A stretch of 64,000 bases of DNA, taken from IMG/VR virus record IMGVR_UViG_3300021376_000051, positions 1,205 through 65,204 of that record; one strand, written 5' to 3'. The translations under genes were made by a program, and so were the position numbers. Under the pieces are notes generated by a model, which ran no database searches, was not told where the DNA came from, and worked only from the letters and a program-made list of their open reading frames with translations. Within the stretch, counting starts at the first letter, position 1, and each line of letters starts with the position of its first letter. Shown here piece after piece: positions 57,971 through 64,000 of this stretch. This DNA comes from a virus (lineage: Duplodnaviria; Caudoviricetes).

Positions 57971-58756
57971 TTACTCCTTGTTTAAATCCAAAATGTTTCT
58001 ATCTCCAAGGTTATTTGGACACCAAAGGGTGATTTCCCTGGTTTCCTTGTTAAAATCACCATTTCTTAGGATTCTAACACACCTAGCCTGAGAAAGAGCA
58101 AAGTCACTAGGTGCCATATCAGGCACCTTACCCTCTGGTCTTTTTGCCCAGTCTTCTGTTAGGTACATATCCATGATAACCTTATCCCATTCTTCTCTGG
58201 GATACTTGTCCAAAATCTTATTAGCTTTTACAGCCCCAACCTTCCATAGACCCCAGATGTTATCTGTAGAATCTCCAGTTAGCCATTGCTGGTAAAAGTA
58301 TCTATCTGCGGCATCTTGTTCAACACAAACAGGTTCTTCTTCCTTATCAGGATTCCAGTGCCAACCAGGAATCTGTCGTAGATCCTTGTCTACTGTTACC
58401 CCAATAGCTTGACCAGAAGAAACCAGCATACCAATCAAGTCATCTGCTTCTAGTCTATCTACACACCGTGATGTAATACCGGTATCATAAATACACTCTA
58501 GAGCATAACTTATTGAGTCGGGTGCCTTAAAGTCATCTCTGTGTTCCTTGTAGGGCTTCCAGAAGACCCTACGGTAGTTCTTGTTTCTTGGGCATGACAT
58601 AGCAATATAAACTTTGTCCACACCCTTGGGAGTCCAATCGCTAATGTCTTTATTGATCCTTTCCGGCAGTGCATCAATACCTTCTTGGTCGGCCCAAAAC
58701 GCCGCACGATAAGCGATAATATCTCCATCTAAAATAGCCTCTGTTGGTTTATTCAT
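57971..58756 (-). CDS. 5'-3' exonuclease (T7 gp6-like)
   Basis: LDGDI.AY; YK..R; LEADD; DKDLRQIPG; GDSTDNI.G...VG. Confidence 0.93.
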   Translation of the reverse strand: MNKPTEAILDGDIIAYRAAFWADQEGIDALPERINKDISDWTPKGVDKVYIAMSCPRNKNYRRVFWKPYKEHRDDFKAPDSISYALECIYDTGITSRCVDRLEADDLIGMLVSSGQAIGVTVDKDLRQIPGWHWNPDKEEEPVCVEQDAADRYFYQQWLTGDSTDNIWGLWKVGAVKANKILDKYPREEWDKVIMDMYLTEDWAKRPEGKVPDMAPSDFALSQARCVRILRNGDFNKETREITLWCPNNLGDRNILDLNKE

Positions 58757-59402
58757 TTTCGTTTTCTTTTGTCCAAGGTAGTTCTTCGATTTCTAGTTTA
58801 CCAGTATCAAGAATCTCATCAATAGCTTCGTTTATGTCTTCCTTTAGTTCCATAAGTGTTTCATTATTGACAATAATAAGGTCAAATAATTCTTCATACT
58901 CACTGTTGGGAAGACCAAAACTATCTTCTACATCATTAGCTAGCTTTTCACTTTCGTGTTTACGCCACTCAGCGTTTTCTTCACTAAGTGTACGACCACC
59001 AGAATCAATAAATATCTGTGTGGCTGCTAGTTCTCTGCCAAGTGCTATCTCATTCATGTACCTAACATCGTCTTGAATAATGACATATTCCCAGTACTTT
59101 TTATTTTCGGACTTGTTATCTACTTCTTTAAGCATATACTCTTGAATGGTTTCAAAGGTTTTTTCAATCCAGTATTCTGGATTTTCTTTACGCTTTGAAG
59201 CACCAAGTTCTTGGCAAAACTTACGATACTCGTCTGGTTTTGTTTCCTTTGAGTATCCAAGATCTGCCGCTGCTTTCTTTAGTGAGTCAGCAAATGGTAC
59301 AATAACTGGAATATAACCCCTATGGTAAGCTAAGGCTTCTATAATCTTAGCTACCGATGTCTTTCCAACCCGGCCCTTGCCGCTGATCTGAATAATTCTC
59401 AT
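58749..59402 (-). CDS. Deoxynucleoside monophosphate kinase-like protein
   Basis: ISGKGRVGKT P-loop; FADSLK; R...Q.LG; DDVRYMNE; HESE. Confidence 0.8.
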   Translation of the reverse strand: MRIIQISGKGRVGKTSVAKIIEALAYHRGYIPVIVPFADSLKKAAADLGYSKETKPDEYRKFCQELGASKRKENPEYWIEKTFETIQEYMLKEVDNKSENKKYWEYVIIQDDVRYMNEIALGRELAATQIFIDSGGRTLSEENAEWRKHESEKLANDVEDSFGLPNSEYEELFDLIIVNNETLMELKEDINEAIDEILDTGKLEIEELPWTKENENE

Positions 59403-59538
59403 TATGTATTTCCTTCCAGTTACGAATAATATAACCTAAACCAATATTACCTTTTTGGTAATCAATAACAATTGGATGTTCTGGGTTGCTAGCTATAAAC
59501 TCGTTTACTTGTCTCATAAAAGTAACAGAGTCATTCAT
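59347..59538 (-). CDS. Hypothetical protein
   Basis: ATGA overlap with the HNH gene. Confidence 0.5.
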   Translation of the reverse strand: MNDSVTFMRQVNEFIASNPEHPIVIDYQKGNIGLGYIIRNWKEIHNENYSDQRQGPGWKDIGS

Positions 59539-59756
59539 CTCTTTGCTCTATTGTAAGACTTGGAAACAACTCTTAGATTCTTAGATGAGTTGTTTCTTGG
59601 GTTACCATCTCTATGATCAATGTCTTTACCATCACCCCTGCGAACAGTTCCCTTACGGAGTCCTGCTCGTCGTGCTTTATTTCGGTGTGCTCGGTCTTTC
59701 TTTGACTTAGTAGATGATTGAAATTTCTTGTACTCGTCTTTGTAATCTCTTGGCAT
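59535..59756 (-). CDS. Small HNH endonuclease
   Basis: RDYK.EY; GDGKDIDH.DGNPRNN...NL......NR. Confidence 0.88.
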   Translation of the reverse strand: MPRDYKDEYKKFQSSTKSKKDRAHRNKARRAGLRKGTVRRGDGKDIDHRDGNPRNNSSKNLRVVSKSYNRAKR

Positions 59757-59763
59757 TTTATTC

Positions 59764-59991
59764 CTATTCTAGAAACCAAACTTTACCTTGACTTTTGAGT
59801 AGTTCTGCTACTCGGAATCTAAGTACTTTGTTTTCTTCACTTAGTTTGTCGATTTCATTTTTAATAATAGTTGGGATTACAACATCCACAACACTCCATT
59901 GGTGCTTTACTAGACTTGAATGTAAAGTATTGTAAAGCTCTTGTTCATCAGCGTTATCAGAAACTTTAACCTCTAGATATACAGTTTTCAT
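59764..59991 (-). CDS. Hypothetical protein
   Basis: TAATG coupling to the DNA polymerase gene. Confidence 0.6.
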   Translation of the reverse strand: MKTVYLEVKVSDNADEQELYNTLHSSLVKHQWSVVDVVIPTIIKNEIDKLSEENKVLRFRVAELLKSQGKVWFLE

Positions 59992-61712
59992 TAGTGTGTC
60001 TCCGACCAGTTGTTACCGATCTTGTATTCAGCTTCGATTAGACAATTACACTTCATTAGATCACCAGCAGTGGTTGCTGATTCACAGATTATATTACCAA
60101 TCTTGTGAGCATACTCTGGATCACACTCTAGCTGAAGCTCGTCATGGACTGAGGCTACCCAAGCAAACTTGGATGGTCCTACTTCTAGTTGCAATCTATG
60201 ATTAGCAACACAAGCCCAAGCCTTGGCAATGTGAGCACCCGATGACTGGAGCAAGGTATTGAGAGCAGCATGTTCCTTACGAACAGGGATAGGTCGCCAT
60301 CCAAATGGCTTGACAACACCATCACTGAGGGTAGAGAAACGACACTGATCAATAAGCTTCTTGAGTCCGGGAATGTTTGACAACAACTTATTCTTTACTT
60401 GCTTTGCCTTGTAGGTAGAGCAACCAATAGTCTTGCCAAACTTCTCATCGCCACCACCATACAAGAAACAATAGATTGCAGTCTTGGCTGTGGATCTAGA
60501 CTCTAGTTCCATAGCCTTTTGGTTGTGTGTATGGACATCACCTTCGCATACTTCCTTGGCATAGGTTCCCCCGTCGTATGGATGTAGGTAATGTGCCAGC
60601 ATCCGTAGCTCAAGACCCTTGAGGTCAGAGCCTACCAGTACCCACCCATCCCGTGGCTTGAATAGAGCACGGGCACGGGGATCTGAGTGAACCTGTTGCA
60701 TGTTAGGTTCCTTAGCAGACATTCTGCCAGTAACAGTACCCAGGATATTTACATAGCCGTGGATACGATTGTCTCGACTTGTCTTGGCTCGGCTAACCCA
60801 ATCAGATACTTGACCCATCAACTTGATAAGGTCGAAATACTTGCACAGAGTCTTTGCTTCTGGATATTCTAGTTGAGATAGAACATCATGGTCAACCTTT
60901 GGGTTTCCCTTGTCTGTTTCTGGTGGTTCCCAACCATACTTTTCCTGTAGTCTTTCAGCAATTTGCTGACGAGAACCAGGATTAAACACCTCAATTTTAT
61001 CCTTGAGTTGTTTACCAGTTTTCTCAGAGACTCGCTTGATAATCTTGTCCGGGAAGATGCGTCGCATTTCATCTTCAATCTGTGACTTTTCAATCAACAG
61101 TTCCATCTCAAGATTCTCTGCCCTGTCTAGATCAAAACTAAAACCATTCTCTACCTGACCAGAGATCATGTCAGCAACAACATGCTCCATCTTGATTGCT
61201 CTTGAGTATGTTTCCCAATACTTAGAGCTAGTCAAGTGGTTGTAAAGCTTAGCAGTTACAACAGAATCCTGCAAGCAATAGTCACCCATCTCCTTAGAGT
61301 ATGCATCCCAACCACCTTGGTAGTCAGACTTACATTCCTTTAGGTATTCACCCCAGGATCTAAGTGAGTTACTTTGGTCAGCTGTTGGCGGTGTTTCTGG
61401 ATACATCATTCTGGCTAGAATAAGAGTATCAATTACACCAGTAAATGGTTCCTTGTTTAGTGGACCATACAATCTTTCAATCAGTGGGATATCAAACCCA
61501 TAGATGTTATGACCAACAATTGTATCTGCTTGTCTTAGTAGTTCAATACCAACTTCAAGGTTGTCTTGTTCAAACAGGAATGAATCTCCTGATAGAATAT
61601 CAACAATAGATAAGCACCAGATCTTGCTGCCTTCCTTGATATAAGTCTTCTTTTTACCAGCAATTACTTCATTGAGTCCATCTGCTTCGATGTCAAATGC
61701 TAATATTTTCAT
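59991..61712 (-). CDS. Family A DNA polymerase (T7 gp5-like)
   Basis: Exo DIE, HN...FD, YC.QD; TGR; motif A DLKGLELR; motif B RSTAKTAIYCFLYG; motif C VHDE. Confidence 0.97.
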   Translation of the reverse strand: MKILAFDIEADGLNEVIAGKKKTYIKEGSKIWCLSIVDILSGDSFLFEQDNLEVGIELLRQADTIVGHNIYGFDIPLIERLYGPLNKEPFTGVIDTLILARMMYPETPPTADQSNSLRSWGEYLKECKSDYQGGWDAYSKEMGDYCLQDSVVTAKLYNHLTSSKYWETYSRAIKMEHVVADMISGQVENGFSFDLDRAENLEMELLIEKSQIEDEMRRIFPDKIIKRVSEKTGKQLKDKIEVFNPGSRQQIAERLQEKYGWEPPETDKGNPKVDHDVLSQLEYPEAKTLCKYFDLIKLMGQVSDWVSRAKTSRDNRIHGYVNILGTVTGRMSAKEPNMQQVHSDPRARALFKPRDGWVLVGSDLKGLELRMLAHYLHPYDGGTYAKEVCEGDVHTHNQKAMELESRSTAKTAIYCFLYGGGDEKFGKTIGCSTYKAKQVKNKLLSNIPGLKKLIDQCRFSTLSDGVVKPFGWRPIPVRKEHAALNTLLQSSGAHIAKAWACVANHRLQLEVGPSKFAWVASVHDELQLECDPEYAHKIGNIICESATTAGDLMKCNCLIEAEYKIGNNWSETH

Positions 61713-63414
61713 GGCGATAAATTACTTCTCCTTCCGGTGTTACAACGAACGGTACATCCATAAGCTTGGCTGTTTGGTCGTTGTAATACAAAGCGGTAGA
61801 GATACCACGACGGCCACCCTTACGGTTCTTTAGTACACGAATGTTAGTTGTGTTAGAGATAAGAGGATCAGGATGCTGAGCATTACGCTCTAGTGCAAAC
61901 ACATTGTCAGAGATCTGTGCAAGAGAACCAGAGCCACGAAGGTCATTGAGATTGATACGATCACCCTCGTCTACATTTTTGTCTGTCTTCTTGATATGAG
62001 CAATGACATGGATAGTAACACCAGTACGCTCAACCAGCTCTCGTAGCTTTTTCATTACTGAATCTAGAACAAGTCTTTCGTCGTTTCCGTAATCAGTCCC
62101 AGCAGATAGGAGCATATTGCCCAGAAGGGTAATATGATCAAGGATGATAATACGACAATCAAGACCAACAGCCATGTACTCAAGACGATTAATAATGTTA
62201 GTAATATTAGAATTACCAATGTGGTCATAGAGATAAAGAGATTTCCCAGCGATCTCAGCCTTAGCGATTTTGTATTCTTCATCTGTTAGGTTGTCCTCTA
62301 CCATATCAACGGTAGCTTTGTTGTTCTTCTTTCTTAGTTCATTAAGCTGACGCTGAGACATGATCTTGCGTACAGGCTTACCAATCTTAGATGAGATTAG
62401 GTCATCTACAGTTTGCTCTGGAGATTCTTCAAGGAACACAGCACCAACATTTCTGTTGTGGTTTAGATGATCCATGATAAGCTCACGAATGATTGTTGAC
62501 TTACCATGACCAGTTGCTGAGGTCCATAGGTTTAGTCTACCAGAGTCTTGACCAATCATAAATGTAGTTAGAGAATCCCAAGGATACTCGTAGACATCAT
62601 TGTTATGCTTGGTTGATTCAGATACTACCTGACTAACATGAAGGATTGAGTCTGGTGAATATGATTGTGCATTCCAGTATGCTTGTAGCAACTGAGCAGT
62701 CTCAGCATTAACCAGCATCTCATTTGGATCCTTGCGAGGCAGAGCCATGATCTTTACCTTGCCGGGTGGAAGAATCTCTGCAACCTCACGCGCAGCCTTC
62801 TGGCCAGGTTCATCCATATCAAAGCAGAGTACAATTGTTTCAAACGAAACAATAAACTCATAGTTATCCTTAACGGCCTTGACCGCAGAGTTAACACCAT
62901 TAGGTACTGAGACTACAGGATACTTGTTGTCAAATACCTGAGCCATAGTCAAGCAATCAATTGCACCTTCTGTGATGGTAATACGCTTACCGCCAGTAGA
63001 GAATAGATGCTGACCATAGAATGTTAGGTTGCTAGTGTCACCAAGCCAAGCAAACTTCTTGCCATCATAACGAATGTGCTGAGCTTGTACTTGGCCTTGT
63101 GCATTGTAGAATGTTTCGATCTCGCTGCCATTGATACCAGTCAGATAGCCATACTGCTTTGTAGTCTTCTCTGAAATACGCCGATGTGGTAGGGGCATAG
63201 CCTCACCTGATCGAAATGTTTCATTAGTATAAACCGGTGCCTCAATAACTTCTGTTGTCATACTTGTCTTTGTTCCTTTAACATAAAACTTACAGGCATA
63301 GCAATAGCTATGGCCATCATCATATACTACTAGGTTGTTACCAGATGTATCTCTACCTTTTGCTGCACATGCTGGGCAACGCTTACGATTAACTACTTTA
63401 GATTCTGTATCCAT
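61693..63414 (-). CDS. DNA primase/helicase (T7 gp4-like)
   Basis: CPAC..CYAC Zn finger; TOPRIM EG..D and DMD; ATGHGKST; LDH; LRGSG; KNR; GGAGG RBS before MDTESK. Confidence 0.96.
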   Translation of the reverse strand: MDTESKVVNRKRCPACAAKGRDTSGNNLVVYDDGHSYCYACKFYVKGTKTSMTTEVIEAPVYTNETFRSGEAMPLPHRRISEKTTKQYGYLTGINGSEIETFYNAQGQVQAQHIRYDGKKFAWLGDTSNLTFYGQHLFSTGGKRITITEGAIDCLTMAQVFDNKYPVVSVPNGVNSAVKAVKDNYEFIVSFETIVLCFDMDEPGQKAAREVAEILPPGKVKIMALPRKDPNEMLVNAETAQLLQAYWNAQSYSPDSILHVSQVVSESTKHNNDVYEYPWDSLTTFMIGQDSGRLNLWTSATGHGKSTIIRELIMDHLNHNRNVGAVFLEESPEQTVDDLISSKIGKPVRKIMSQRQLNELRKKNNKATVDMVEDNLTDEEYKIAKAEIAGKSLYLYDHIGNSNITNIINRLEYMAVGLDCRIIILDHITLLGNMLLSAGTDYGNDERLVLDSVMKKLRELVERTGVTIHVIAHIKKTDKNVDEGDRINLNDLRGSGSLAQISDNVFALERNAQHPDPLISNTTNIRVLKNRKGGRRGISTALYYNDQTAKLMDVPFVVTPEGEVIYRHENISI

Positions 63415-63439
63415 AAAGACCTCCATAAATATCAATAAA

Positions 63440-63512
63440 TGCCCCCAGTAGGGATCGAACCTACGACCTATTGATTAAAAGTCAACTGCTCTACCAGCTG
63501 AGCTATAGGGGC
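63440..63512 (-). tRNA. tRNA-Lys(TTT)
   Basis: GCCCCTA acceptor; TAGCTCAG; loop CT-TTT-AA; GGTTCGATCC; CCA not encoded. Confidence 0.92.
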
Positions 63513-63515
63513 GTA

Positions 63516-63599
63516 TGACTCCGGGGGGAATTGAACCCCCACGCCGTTTAAGGCGGCAGATTTTAAGTCTGCTGCGTCTGCCTGTTCCGCCACGAAGCC
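63516..63599 (-). tRNA. tRNA-Leu(TAA)
   Basis: GCAGA CT-TAA-AA TCTGC anticodon arm; long variable arm; GGTTCAATTCC. Confidence 0.9.
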
Positions 63600-63606
63600 C
63601 TGTATA

Positions 63607-63720
63607 TTACTTCTTTAAACGCTTTATTTGTTTGTATGTAACATAAATGTAACTAATAACAGCAACATTTGCTAGTAACAAAATAACTATAGAGGTTTGA
63701 AGAAAAGTTACTTCATCCAT
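63607..63720 (-). CDS. 37-aa single-TM peptide between tRNAs
   Basis: AAGGA RBS; MDEVTFLQTSIVILLLANVAVISYIYVTYKQIKRLKK. Confidence 0.45.
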   Translation of the reverse strand: MDEVTFLQTSIVILLLANVAVISYIYVTYKQIKRLKK

Positions 63721-63747
63721 TAGTTTTTTCCTTTCCTTTTGGTTAAA

Positions 63748-63821
63748 CATCCCCAGCTGGACTTGAACCAGCAACCTACAGCTTAGAAGGCTGTTGCTCT
63801 ATCCAGTTGAGCTATGGAGAT
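63748..63821 (-). tRNA. tRNA-Arg(TCT)
   Basis: ACAGC CT-TCT-AA GCTGT anticodon arm; GGTTCAAGTCC. Confidence 0.92.
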
Positions 63822-63844
63822 TGGTGTTTAATATTTTACCAAAT

Positions 63845-63876
63845 AAAAAACCCCCGCGCCTTACGGCAACGGGGGG
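63845..63876 (-). terminator. Intrinsic terminator
   Basis: CCCCCG..GCC-GTAA-GGC.CGGGGG followed by TTTTTT. Confidence 0.75.
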
Positions 63877-63897
63877 AGAACCATTGTTTGGTTTGGT

Positions 63898-64000
63898 TCA
63901 GAGATACCAGCGAGGCAGACCATTCAACTGAATATCTGATCGTTGAGGAGTGCATTCGCCAGCATCGATCTGGCCGTTGCAGAGATCATTGTAGTCCTCT
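63898..64000 (-). CDS. 3' end of an unidentified gene
   Basis: Open frame ...EDYNDLCNGQIDAGECTPQRSDIQLNGLPRWYL* ending before the terminator. Confidence 0.45.
   Translation of the reverse strand, partial: EDYNDLCNGQIDAGECTPQRSDIQLNGLPRWYL

Noticed and set aside
59535-59756. HNH as an intron-associated homing element
   Set aside because: Free-standing; the neighbouring polymerase and RNR genes appear uninterrupted, with no intron or intein signatures

Overview
Most of a T7-like (Autographiviridae-type) podophage genome, apparently circularly permuted, with every credible gene on the minus strand. Reading the minus strand from 64000 down: three tRNAs, primase/helicase, PolA, HNH, dNMP kinase, 5'-3' exonuclease, class II RNR, portal, small basic proteins, scaffold, major capsid, tail tubes A/B, tail fibre, candidate lysis genes, terminase, a sulfotransferase-like protein, and internal virion proteins ending in a 4172-aa polyvalent protein. 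A probable genome junction lies near 14.05 kb. It is followed by a GC-rich early island, about 1.2 kb of structured non-coding DNA, small early genes, DUF932, ThyX, the canonical T7-like RNA polymerase, a phosphoesterase, SSB and RusA. Three things stand out. (1) There are up to three single-subunit RNAP-type modules: the canonical 811-aa enzyme, a divergent 629-aa enzyme in the early island, and polymerase motif A/B-like segments next to a DEDD exonuclease domain inside the giant virion protein. (2) Repeated hairpin elements lie upstream of the early genes. (3) A sigma70 promoter points into a predicted non-coding transcript made of an aberrant tRNA-like element, a perfect Shine-Dalgarno mini-ORF and a run of H-type pseudoknots. 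All calls come from reading motifs by eye; no searches or folding computations were run.
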